Below, piece by piece: positions 47,801 through 56,141 of a stretch of 64,000 nucleotides of DNA. The notes beneath the pieces were generated by a model that had not been told where the DNA came from, did no database searches, and worked only from the letters and a program-made list of their open reading frames with translations. The stretch is from Candidatus Pacearchaeota archaeon. GTDB lineage: Archaea > Nanobdellota > Nanobdellia > Pacearchaeales > GW2011-AR1. Each line of letters starts with the position of its first letter. Within the stretch, counting starts at the first letter, position 1. The DNA is taken from the NCBI GenBank assembly GCA_049511795.1, contig JBEKXS010000001.1, positions 58,514 to 122,513 of the forward strand. Reading direction: 5' to 3'. Made by a program: the position numbers and the translations under genes.

Positions 47801-48130
47801 ATTGCTTTACTTACAAGACAGCCTGTTGAAGGTCGTTCTCGTGGTGGAGCATTGAGGCTTGGAGAGATGGAGCAACAGGCAATGGTTGCACATGGAGCCT
47901 CTCTTCTTTTGAAAGAAAGATATGATTCTGACAAAGTTGTTCTTCATATCTGCACAAAATGTGGAGCTTTGGCAATAGAAGACAATATCAGGGACAAAAC
48001 AGTCTGCCCTATTTGCAATTCAGAGGAAGTCGAGCCTGTTGAAGTATCATATGCATTCAAGCTTTTAATTGAAGAACTCCAAGGACTTCACATTCACACA
48101 AACTTTGACCTGAAAAATAAGTATGAATAA
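44876..48130 (+). CDS. rpoB: RNA polymerase subunit B (unsplit)
   Basis: 1084 aa. Conserved Rpb2 blocks (GRFCPIETPEGTEIGL, NYAGGLKD-region, GQKGVIG, C-terminal Cys4 zinc motif CTKCG...CPIC). Confidence 0.9.
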   Translation: MKPGKHLIVKKYLEEHSLVESNIISFNNFVEKRMQEIVDEIAGTINNEDFEITLGKIEIGKPKVIEADGSSSLITPQEAKLRDLTYAAPVSLELTVKKDDQVDSETVEIGKIPIMVRSKFCNTYGMTKDQLIETYHDPLDPGGYFVIKGNERVMVMAEDLAENQPFIEDNSKGDLTLKLFSSKGTYRIPVLISENKEGIIDVSFSKFKDVPAVVILKALGLIKESDIAKYIGKETDAVIVNLYEFAHIATKEDAMLYISEKTSLQGTKKEILDRVKQRIDSYLFPHIGQKKEDRIKKAITLCKLIKQFLISKENPKLRTDKDHYANKRVRLSGDLLATLFRVNLGILIRDIQYSLQKSAKRKKFFSIKIIAKSTLFSHRVESAIATGSWTGERSGITQNMDKTNYLATISQLQRVSSMLASDQENFAARTLHPTHYGRFCPIETPEGTEIGLRKNLAILSRVSTRTDLSEEKFLKDLSIHGLEVEGTDGTEVFLNGIFIGMVKNPKEFTMAIREKRRKGELPIEMNIRHDENFQTVNVYTEPGRVLRPLIIVDNGVSRLKNEHMVRVESNEIGWKDLLREGVIEYIDAAEEEEALVALHEEELTHEHTHLEIDPTDLFGVITSLVPYSNHDQSSRLNRGSKTQKQALGLYAANYLTRLDTDVSILQYPQKPIVRSFVYDTLQAYPAGQNLVVAVMTHEGYNMEDALVFNKGSLDRGVGRSFYFRPYSAVEMNYAGGLKDEIVIPEKDSSGYRTEESYKHLESDGIVSPEAEIDEGEVMIGKVSPPKFLSEAREISVRTKKESSVAMKQEEKGIVEGVFITEDDDGNKIVQVKTRDQRIPELGDKFATSHGQKGVIGLIVDEEDVPFTSKGIRPDVMFNPHGLPSRMTVGYLLELLAGKVGCLKGEVMDGTAFSGTSKKELEEALKELGFRYDGKETMYSGITGKKMQTKIFVGNLYYLKLKYMVGNKLHGRASGKIALLTRQPVEGRSRGGALRLGEMEQQAMVAHGASLLLKERYDSDKVVLHICTKCGALAIEDNIRDKTVCPICNSEEVEPVEVSYAFKLLIEELQGLHIHTNFDLKNKYE

Positions 48131-48137
48131 ATAAAAA

Positions 48138-48443
48138 ATGAACAAAACAGAAAGAATTAAGGATATGAGAATGGTTTCGACATTAGTTTACGATAGAAAA
48201 TACACTGCTGCTAATGGCAAAGTTATGGATGAAGTAACAGCATGGGTTGGTTTACAATCTCCTTTTGTTGGATTTTCTGGAGATTTTGATTATTATGCAC
48301 TTAATAGAGAACAAACACAAGTTGTAAGGGTTAATCCATCTGAAAGAACAATAGAATTATCAAAAGATGTTGATACAGACCAAAAAGGAACTATTGAATA
48401 TATACTAAAAACGGAAATAAGGGGACCTGACCTAGCTGCTTAA
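48138..48443 (+). CDS. Hypothetical protein (101 aa) inserted between rpoB and rpoA
   Basis: Tightly packed (8 nt after rpoB, 8 nt before rpoA). No similarity recognised. Confidence 0.4.
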   Translation: MNKTERIKDMRMVSTLVYDRKYTAANGKVMDEVTAWVGLQSPFVGFSGDFDYYALNREQTQVVRVNPSERTIELSKDVDTDQKGTIEYILKTEIRGPDLAA

Positions 48444-48451
48444 AAACAAAA

Positions 48452-51400
48452 ATGGCAAAAACAATCAGAAAAAAAATAAAATCAATAAGCTTTTCATTGC
48501 TTAGCCCTGAGAAAATAAAAAAGCTCTCTGTTGCGAAAATAGTTACGCCAGAACTTTATGATATAGATGGTTATCCTGTCGACGGTGGTTTGATGGATTT
48601 AAGATTGGGAGCAATTGATCCGGGTGTAAGATGTAGAACATGTGGTGGAAGACTGAAAGAATGCCTTGGACACCCCGGAAGTATTGACCTCGCAAGATCT
48701 TTAATACATTTAAAATATGTTCCAATGATTGAGCTCGGATTACGTTGTTTCTGCAAACAATGCGGAAAATTAATGCTTTCTGAAAAAGACCTTGCAAAAT
48801 ACACGCCAAGCCAGAGAATAAAGAAAGCAAAGGATGTAAAGAAATGCCCACACTGCAATACTGTTCAGGAAAAAATAAAGCTTGACAAGCCAACAACATT
48901 CTACAGAGGAAAAACAAGAATATTCCCAACAGAGATAAGAGATACCCTTGTTAATATTCCAGATGAAGAACTTAAAAAAATAGGAATGAATCCTCACAAT
49001 TTCAGGCCAGAATGGGGTGTACTCACAATTCTTCTTGTTCCTCCTGTAACAGTAAGGCCTTCAATTATTCTTGAATCAGGAGAAAGAAGTGAGGATGATT
49101 TAACTCACAAGCTTTCAGATATAATAAGAGCAAATCAGAGACTTTGGGAAAATCTTAATGCTGGAGCGCCAGAGGTTATTATCGAGGATTTGTGGGATTT
49201 GCTTCAATTCCATGTAACAACATTCTTTGATAACACTGTTACAAGAATTCCTCCTGCAAGGCACAGGTCAGGACAGCCATTGAAAACAATCACAGAAAGA
49301 ATAAAGGGTAAGGAAGGAAGAATCAGGAAAAATCTTGCAGGTAAAAGAGTTAATTATTCTGGAAGAACTGTTATCTCTCCTGATCCATCAATGCAGATAA
49401 ATGAAGTTGGAATTCCTTTTGAAATTGCAAAAATTGTAACAGTCGCTGAAACAGTAACTGACCTAAACATTGACAGGCTGAAAAAAAAGGTAGAAAGTGC
49501 AGAAGTTTATCCTGGAGCAAATTATGTAATAAGACCTGATGGAAAACGTAAAAAAATAACGCCAGAATTGAAAGAAGAAATAATCAACGAGCTTGTTCCT
49601 GGATATCAGGTTGAAAGGCATCTTGAAAACGGAGACATTGTTCTTTTCAACCGTCATCCTAGCCTTCACAAAGGAAGCTTGATGGCGCATTATGTAAAAG
49701 TCCTTCCTGGAAGAACATTCAGGCTTCACCCTGCTGCAAAAACACCTTACAATGCTGATTTCGACGGTGATGAAATGAACATTCACAGCCCACAGACAGA
49801 GGAAGCAAGAGCAGAGGCAAAGATTTTGCTTGAAGTAAAGAAAAATCTCATTTCTCCGAAGAATAATACAAACTGGATTGGTTGTCTTGGGGATGCAATA
49901 ACAGGAGATTATCTCATGGGTTTAGAAGAATTTTCAAGAGAAGATGCAAACCAGCTTCTTTACAGCTCTGGAATCGATGGAGAAGTTTCAAAGAAAACAA
50001 TCAGTGGAATAGAATTATTTTCAAAAATACTTCCTAAAATTGATTTCTCAGGCGAAACAGTAAAAATAAAGGACGGACAGATAACAAAGGGTATTCCTGA
50101 CAAGACTCTTTTCGGCGATGAAGATGGTGTCTTGATAAAGGATATAGACAAGAAATTCGGAAGAAATGTTGCATTTGAATCAATAAGAAAAGCGTTCAAT
50201 ATTGGCAAGAATTATCTTACAGGAAGGGGAATAAGCTTCTCTGTAGATGATTTCGATGTTGACCAAAAAATATTTGATATGTCTGAAGAAATTGTCAAAA
50301 AAGCAGAGGAAAAAACAACAGAGATAATCGACGAATACAACAAAGGGACTCTTGAAATCATACAAGGAAAAAGTCTTGAAGAATCAAGGGAAATAAAAAT
50401 TCTTAAGGTTCTTAATGAAGTAAGAACAAAAATAGGAGAAATTGTTAAGGAAGAATTCCCAAAGGACAGTCCTGTCACTTACATGATAAAATCCGGAGGC
50501 GGAGGAAACATGCTTAACATAACACAAATGGCTTGCTGTGTAGGGCAACAGGACTTGGAAGGAAGAAGAATTGATTTGGGATACAATGATAGAACACTTT
50601 CATTTTTCAAGAAAGGGGATTTGAATCCAAAAGCAAAGGGTTTCATAAGAAGCGCATTCATGAAAGGTTTGAAGCCAGAAGAATTTTTCTTCCAGGCAAT
50701 AACAGGAAGATCTTCACTTATGGATACTGCTCTTAGAACGCCAAGGTCTGGTTATTTGTACAGAAGGCTTGCAAATGCACTTCAGGACTTAAGGATGGAA
50801 TATGACAGCACTGTTAGAGACAGCAACAACAACATAATTCAGTTTATTTACGGCGACGATGGAATAGATGTTTCAAAGCTTCATCTTGGAGGAAAACTCG
50901 ACCCTGGTGAAGCAATAGGAATAATTACTGCTCAGAGCTTTGGGGAACCATCAACGCAAATGGTATTGAGAACATTCCACTTTGCAGGTGTCTCTGAAAT
51001 GCAGGTTACGCAAGGACTTCCAAGGCTTATTGAAATATTTGATGCAAGAAAAAAGCCATCAAGCCCTAAAATGGAAATCTATCTGAAAAAAGAATTCAAC
51101 AATGAAAAAGACGCAAGAGTATTCGCAGAAAAAATAAAGGAAGTCACTGTCAGCGATTTTGCATCTGAAATAAACATTGATTTCACTGACAAAAAAATCG
51201 AAGTCAAGATTGACAAGGAAGGATTGCATCAAAGTCATACTTCTGTAAAGAAAATTGTTGAAAGGCTTAAGGAACTTGGATTCTCATGCAATGAAAAAAC
51301 AGATTCAATATCTATCAAAGCGCCGGGAGAGATCAGTTTCAAGGAACTTTACAAGCTAAAAGAAAAATTGAAAAAAACAATTATTTCAGATATAAAGGGA

Positions 51401-51943
51401 GTAAAGCAGATTCTCATCGTAAAAAGAGCAGAAGATTACATTGTCATGACATTGGGAACAAACTTAAAGAGAATATTGGAACTGAAAGAAGTAAACACTC
51501 AAAGAACAATTTCAAATGACCTTCATGAAGTTGCAGATGTTCTTGGCATCGAGGCTGCAAGGCAATTGATAATAAATGAAATACAGGAAGTTTTGAACAC
51601 ACAGGGCCTTGATATAGACAAGAGGCACTTGAAACTTGTCTCTGATGCTATGACAAACACCGGAGAAGTAAAAGGTGTGACAAGAATAGGAATAATCGCG
51701 CAAAAATCCTCGATACTTGCAAGAGCAACATTCGAAACACCTGTAAAGCAATTTGTAAATGCGACGATAAAGGGAAACAAGGACCAGCTTACAAGCGTAA
51801 TTGAAAATGTCATTCTCAACCAGCCAATTCCTGTTGGAACAGGACTACCAGGACTTTTAGTAAAGGTTGTCGGACCTCTCGTAAAGGAAGAATCCAAGAA
51901 GAAGTTTGCAAAAAAAGAAGTTGTAGACGAGGTTGCCAAGTAA
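48452..51943 (+). CDS. rpoA: RNA polymerase subunit A with A' and A'' fused in one ORF
   Basis: N-terminal zinc motifs and the NADFDGDEMN active site (A' part). Bridge-helix block FFFQAITGRSSLMDTALRTPRSGYLYRRL continues without a stop into the trigger-loop block GEAIGIITAQSFGEPSTQMVLRTFHFAGV and the A''-type C-terminus. Confidence 0.85.
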   Translation: MAKTIRKKIKSISFSLLSPEKIKKLSVAKIVTPELYDIDGYPVDGGLMDLRLGAIDPGVRCRTCGGRLKECLGHPGSIDLARSLIHLKYVPMIELGLRCFCKQCGKLMLSEKDLAKYTPSQRIKKAKDVKKCPHCNTVQEKIKLDKPTTFYRGKTRIFPTEIRDTLVNIPDEELKKIGMNPHNFRPEWGVLTILLVPPVTVRPSIILESGERSEDDLTHKLSDIIRANQRLWENLNAGAPEVIIEDLWDLLQFHVTTFFDNTVTRIPPARHRSGQPLKTITERIKGKEGRIRKNLAGKRVNYSGRTVISPDPSMQINEVGIPFEIAKIVTVAETVTDLNIDRLKKKVESAEVYPGANYVIRPDGKRKKITPELKEEIINELVPGYQVERHLENGDIVLFNRHPSLHKGSLMAHYVKVLPGRTFRLHPAAKTPYNADFDGDEMNIHSPQTEEARAEAKILLEVKKNLISPKNNTNWIGCLGDAITGDYLMGLEEFSREDANQLLYSSGIDGEVSKKTISGIELFSKILPKIDFSGETVKIKDGQITKGIPDKTLFGDEDGVLIKDIDKKFGRNVAFESIRKAFNIGKNYLTGRGISFSVDDFDVDQKIFDMSEEIVKKAEEKTTEIIDEYNKGTLEIIQGKSLEESREIKILKVLNEVRTKIGEIVKEEFPKDSPVTYMIKSGGGGNMLNITQMACCVGQQDLEGRRIDLGYNDRTLSFFKKGDLNPKAKGFIRSAFMKGLKPEEFFFQAITGRSSLMDTALRTPRSGYLYRRLANALQDLRMEYDSTVRDSNNNIIQFIYGDDGIDVSKLHLGGKLDPGEAIGIITAQSFGEPSTQMVLRTFHFAGVSEMQVTQGLPRLIEIFDARKKPSSPKMEIYLKKEFNNEKDARVFAEKIKEVTVSDFASEINIDFTDKKIEVKIDKEGLHQSHTSVKKIVERLKELGFSCNEKTDSISIKAPGEISFKELYKLKEKLKKTIISDIKGVKQILIVKRAEDYIVMTLGTNLKRILELKEVNTQRTISNDLHEVADVLGIEAARQLIINEIQEVLNTQGLDIDKRHLKLVSDAMTNTGEVKGVTRIGIIAQKSSILARATFETPVKQFVNATIKGNKDQLTSVIENVILNQPIPVGTGLPGLLVKVVGPLVKEESKKKFAKKEVVDEVAK

Positions 51944-51999
51944 ACCTAGTATACTGAGTATAACATTAATTTTAAAAAGGAGAGGGATTAAATTATTTT

Positions 52000-52170
52000 A
52001 TGGACACTATTTTAGGTATTGTAATTTTAGATGCGGTTCTATTACTTATTGGTGTGTTCATGTCATGGAAAGAGTTGAATAAAAAACATACAGATGTAGT
52101 CTGGAAGCTAGTTGAATATGTAACAATGGCACTTGTGGGTTATCTCCTCGCAACAGGGAGGATAGTATAA
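52000..52170 (+). CDS. Small membrane protein (56 aa) with GGAGAGGG RBS
   Basis: Hand-found ORF MDTILGIVILDAVLLLIGVFMSW... SD-like sequence 14 nt upstream. Confidence 0.3.
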   Translation: MDTILGIVILDAVLLLIGVFMSWKELNKKHTDVVWKLVEYVTMALVGYLLATGRIV

Positions 52171-52171
52171 A

Positions 52172-52288
52172 ATGACAAATATAATTACTATTATCGGAAT
52201 ATGTGTTTTTGTCTTTGGTGGAATAGTCAAAAACAAAGAATTATTGGGTTTAGGAACTGTCTTGATTATACTAGGAGCTTTTATTTAA
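52172..52288 (+). CDS. Small membrane protein (38 aa) with GGGAGG RBS
   Basis: MTNIITIIGICVFVFGGIVKNKELLGLGTVLIILGAFI. Starts 2 nt after the previous stop. Confidence 0.25.
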   Translation: MTNIITIIGICVFVFGGIVKNKELLGLGTVLIILGAFI

Positions 52289-52374
52289 TTTTTGTGTAAA
52301 AATAAATTAACAAAGATTTATAAGACAAATAATTTTAAAATTCATATCAAGAGGTTAAAAATTCAATAAACAAA

Positions 52375-52785
52375 ATGCAAACTATAGACATGCAGGAGAT
52401 TCGCTATCTGAATCTTTTCGAGCAATTGACAGGTGTGAGAACGCGTTTCTGCTTTCGATACAATGAAAATATAATTTTTTGTGTGCCAAAGCCGCTTGTT
52501 GCAAAAGCAGTCGGGCTGGGCGGAAGAAACATAAGAAGAATGAGCGAAATTCTTGGAAAAAGAATAAGAGTAATTGCAGCTCCGCGCGGGCTTTCTGATT
52601 CCGGAGATTTCATAAAGACCATAATCTCGCCATTAACACTCAAAGATTTTGAAATAACTGACACGGAAATAATTGCCGGCGGAGGAAAAAACAAGGCGGC
52701 GCTCATAGGCAGAAATAAAAGAAGATTGCTTGAAATGCAGAAAATAGTTCGTGATTTTTTCGAGAGAGATTTCAGGATTGCCTGA
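52375..52785 (+). CDS. nusA: Archaeal NusA-like transcription factor (KH domains)
   Basis: 136 aa with two KH-like GxxG segments (VGLGGRNIRRM, IIAGGGKNKAALIGRNKRRL). Conserved position between rpoA and S12. Confidence 0.65.
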   Translation: MQTIDMQEIRYLNLFEQLTGVRTRFCFRYNENIIFCVPKPLVAKAVGLGGRNIRRMSEILGKRIRVIAAPRGLSDSGDFIKTIISPLTLKDFEITDTEIIAGGGKNKAALIGRNKRRLLEMQKIVRDFFERDFRIA

Positions 52786-52843
52786 TTTTTTGGTAATTTT
52801 CCCTCTAAAAACCTTTATAAACTATTTTTTTATCATAATTTAA

Positions 52844-53266
52844 ATGGGATTAAAAAACGCAGCTAAATTAAAGAAAAACAGGAAGAAATTCAGATGGAAA
52901 GACAGAAATTTCAAAGTGAGAACTCTCGGTCTTTATGAAAAGGCAGATCCATTGGAAGGCGCAAGCCAGGCCAAGGGAATTGTGCTTCAAAAAGTTCAAA
53001 AAGAAGCAAAGCAGCCAAACTCAGCGATGAGAAAATGCTGCAAGGTACAACTTAAGAAAAATTCCAAGATTGTAACAGCATTTATTCCAGGAAATTTGGC
53101 CCAAAGGTTCATTGATGAGCACGATGAAGTTCTTATAGAAAGAATTGGTGGAAAGCAGGGAAGAACAAAAGGAGATATTCCAGGCGTTCGTTTCCAGGTT
53201 ATACAAGTAAATGACCAACCATTGCATTTGCTTTGGCTTGGAAAGATAGAGAAGGGTAGAAGGTAA
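52844..53266 (+). CDS. rps12: Ribosomal protein S12 (uS12)
   Basis: [28 protein letters not shown] matches the uS12 core (PNSA-RK). Confidence 0.8.
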   Translation: MGLKNAAKLKKNRKKFRWKDRNFKVRTLGLYEKADPLEGASQAKGIVLQKVQKEAKQPNSAMRKCCKVQLKKNSKIVTAFIPGNLAQRFIDEHDEVLIERIGGKQGRTKGDIPGVRFQVIQVNDQPLHLLWLGKIEKGRR

Positions 53267-53267
53267 A

Positions 53268-53876
53268 ATGGCAGAACAGGCACAAATTTTCAAGATTTTT
53301 GACTTGTATGAAACAGACAATCTTGTTGTGGAAGACCCTGGATTGAAAAATGTCATAAATCTGAAGCCAAAATTAATTTTAAAAACCAGTGGAAGAAATT
53401 TCCAGAAATTCGGGCAGACAAAAGTAAACCTTGTTGAAAGACTGATAAATCATTTGGGAGTTGCAGGCCACAGGGGAAAAAAACACAAAATAATTCTTGG
53501 CACATCAACAGGAAAATATTCAAGAAATGCAAGAATAGTTTTAAATGCATTTGAACAAGTTGCTAAGAAAACAGGAAAAAATCCTGTTGCAGTTTTCCTT
53601 AAAGCTGTTGAGAAATCAGCACCAAGGGACGAAGTAACTGTTATTGAATATGGCGGGGCAAGATATCCTCAGGCAGTTGATGTCTCTCCTTTAAGGCGTG
53701 TCAATCTTGCAATAAAGCACATTGTTCAGGGTGCTTCAGACAAAGCTTTCGGAAAGAAAAAAGACATTGCACAGGCATTGGCAGAAGAAATAATCCTTGC
53801 TTCAGAAGAAAACGGCGATAGTTTTGCATTCAAGAAGAAAAATGAATCAGAGAAGCAAGCTGATTCTGCAAGGTAA
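53268..53876 (+). CDS. rps7: Ribosomal protein S7 (uS7)
   Basis: uS7 length and pattern (…LVERLINHLGVAGHRGKK…AVDVSPLRRVNLAI…). Confidence 0.8.
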   Translation: MAEQAQIFKIFDLYETDNLVVEDPGLKNVINLKPKLILKTSGRNFQKFGQTKVNLVERLINHLGVAGHRGKKHKIILGTSTGKYSRNARIVLNAFEQVAKKTGKNPVAVFLKAVEKSAPRDEVTVIEYGGARYPQAVDVSPLRRVNLAIKHIVQGASDKAFGKKKDIAQALAEEIILASEENGDSFAFKKKNESEKQADSAR

Positions 53877-53897
53877 ATAAATTAATTTCATTTTCAC

Positions 53898-56087
53898 ATG
53901 GCAGACAAAGAAACACAGTTTGAAAAAATAAAAAGAATTAGCAGTCAGCAAAAACATATTCGTAACATTGCAACTTCTGCGCACATTCACCACGGGAAAA
54001 CTGCATTGACAGATAATCTTTTGGCAGCTTCAGGGCATATGGCTGCAAAATCTGCAGGAGACCTTGAGGCAGGAATGGCAACATGGCAGCACTTAGATGA
54101 ACAGGAAAGGCTTATGACAGTTGATTCTGCAAACGTTTCAATGGTTCACAATTTCCATGGAGATGAATATTTAATCAATCTTATCGACACTCCAGGGCAT
54201 GTTGATTTCTCAGGAAATGTTACAAGAGCTATGAGGGCTATTGACGGAACAATTGTTCTTGTATGCGCTGTCGAGGGAATAATGCCGCAAACAGAGACAG
54301 TAATCAAGCAAGCATTGAGAGAAAGAGTAAGGCCTGTTCTTTTCATAAACAAAGTTGACCGTTTAATCAAAGAATTGAAATTAAATCCAGAACAAATGCA
54401 GAAAAGATTTGTTGATATTTTCCATGAGTTCAATGATCTTATAAGAAAAATAGCTGACGAAGATTTTAAGGAAAAATGGCAGGTTGATATCAAAGATGGG
54501 AGCGTTGCATTTGGATCAGCTAGGGAAAACTGGGCTCTCTCAGTACCATTCATGGAGAAAAAAGGAATCACATTCAAGGATATTTTCAAACTTTATGAAA
54601 TGGATGAAGAGCATAAAAAAGAATGGGTTTGGAAAAATGCGCCTCTTTATGAAGTTCTTCTTGATATGGTAGTAAAGCATCTTCCAGATCCATTGGAAGC
54701 GCAAAAATATAGGATACCAAAAATCTGGCACGGAGAAATTGATTCTGATTTTGGAAAAGGATTAATTCACTGCGACCCAAAAGGAAAAGTCGCTTTTGTC
54801 ATAACAAGAATTGTCATCGATCCAAGAAGCGGAAAAGAAATTTCAGCAGGAAGACTTTTTTCAGGAACATTGCAGACAGGTCAGGAAGTTTATCTTAACC
54901 TTGCAAAGAAAAAACAAAAAATACAGCAGCTTTTCATTTATGATGGAGTAAAACCAGAGCAAATAGAGCATATAGGACCTGGAAATGTTCTTGCAATCTC
55001 TGGGGTTACAGGAGAAGCTGGAGAAACAGTAACTCTTGAGCCAGAAACTCCATTTGAAGAATTAAAGCACATATTTGAGCCTGTTATTACAAAAGCTATT
55101 GAAGTTACAAAAACTGCAGATCTTCCTAAACTCGTTGATATTTTGAAAAAAGTTGCTAAAGAGGATCCTTCTATAAAAATTGAAATTAACGAGCAGACAG
55201 GAGAATCATTGATGAGCGGAATGGGAGAATTGCATCTTGAAATCATAGAAAACAGAATAAGAACAGAGAAAGGACTTGAAGTAAAAACTTCACAGCCAAT
55301 TGTTGTTTACAGGGAAACAACAGGAAAAGAATCTCCTTCTGTTGAAGGAAGAAGTCCTAACAAGCATAACAGCTTTTTCATAAGTGTTGAGCCTCTTGAA
55401 GACAAAATTTACGAGGCAATAAAATCAGGCGAGTTGCGTGAAGGAAGAGTCAAGAAAAAGAGCGATGAGCTTGCAAAGGTTCTTTCAAAACTTGGATGGG
55501 ACGGAGACCAGATAAGAGCGATAAGGGATGTTTACAAGGGAAATATTTTCACAGATGAAACAAGAGGAGAAGTTCATATTGGAGAAGTAATTGATATGGT
55601 TCTTGATGCTTTTGAAATGGTTATGGACCAAGGTCCTATAGCAAGAGAACCATGCATGAAGATGAAAGTATCATTAACAGACATAAAGCTTCATGAAGAC
55701 GCAATCCACAGAGGTCCTGCACAGGTTTATCCTGCTGTAAGAGAAGCAATAACAGAGGCAATGAAGAAAGGTGGAGCTTTCCTTCTTGAGCCAATGCAAA
55801 TTCATGTTATTGATATCCCTGAAAAATTCCTCGGAGAAGTCACAAAACTCGTCGGAGGAAAAAGAGGGCAAATGCTTGAAATCAGACACACAGACAGCGG
55901 AACAGAAGTTGAGGCAAAGCTTCCTGTTGCCGAAATGATTGGTTGGAGCTCGGACTTAAGGTCTGCAACAGAAGGAAGAGGAACAAGCTCACTACTGGAT
56001 CAAAGTTTTGAAAAAATGCCTCAGAACCTTCAGCCAGATGTAGTAAGAAAAATCAGACAAAGAAAGGGTTTAGCTGAGAACCAGTAG
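53898..56087 (+). CDS. fusA: Translation elongation factor 2 (aEF-2)
   Basis: G-domain (AHIHHGKT, DTPGHVDF, NKVDR). Diphthamide-site AIHRGPAQ. 729 aa. Confidence 0.9.
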   Translation: MADKETQFEKIKRISSQQKHIRNIATSAHIHHGKTALTDNLLAASGHMAAKSAGDLEAGMATWQHLDEQERLMTVDSANVSMVHNFHGDEYLINLIDTPGHVDFSGNVTRAMRAIDGTIVLVCAVEGIMPQTETVIKQALRERVRPVLFINKVDRLIKELKLNPEQMQKRFVDIFHEFNDLIRKIADEDFKEKWQVDIKDGSVAFGSARENWALSVPFMEKKGITFKDIFKLYEMDEEHKKEWVWKNAPLYEVLLDMVVKHLPDPLEAQKYRIPKIWHGEIDSDFGKGLIHCDPKGKVAFVITRIVIDPRSGKEISAGRLFSGTLQTGQEVYLNLAKKKQKIQQLFIYDGVKPEQIEHIGPGNVLAISGVTGEAGETVTLEPETPFEELKHIFEPVITKAIEVTKTADLPKLVDILKKVAKEDPSIKIEINEQTGESLMSGMGELHLEIIENRIRTEKGLEVKTSQPIVVYRETTGKESPSVEGRSPNKHNSFFISVEPLEDKIYEAIKSGELREGRVKKKSDELAKVLSKLGWDGDQIRAIRDVYKGNIFTDETRGEVHIGEVIDMVLDAFEMVMDQGPIAREPCMKMKVSLTDIKLHEDAIHRGPAQVYPAVREAITEAMKKGGAFLLEPMQIHVIDIPEKFLGEVTKLVGGKRGQMLEIRHTDSGTEVEAKLPVAEMIGWSSDLRSATEGRGTSSLLDQSFEKMPQNLQPDVVRKIRQRKGLAENQ

Positions 56088-56141
56088 TCACAAGATATTA
56101 ATAAGTACTAAAAGAAAAGAAAAAAGTTTAAACTTATATTC

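Noticed and set aside
48543-48997. Several minus-strand ORFs (128, 95, 75 aa) inside rpoA, and similar antisense ORFs inside rpoB, fusA and nrdJ
   Set aside because: Antisense to highly conserved genes. AT-rich genomes produce long spurious antisense frames. No motifs.
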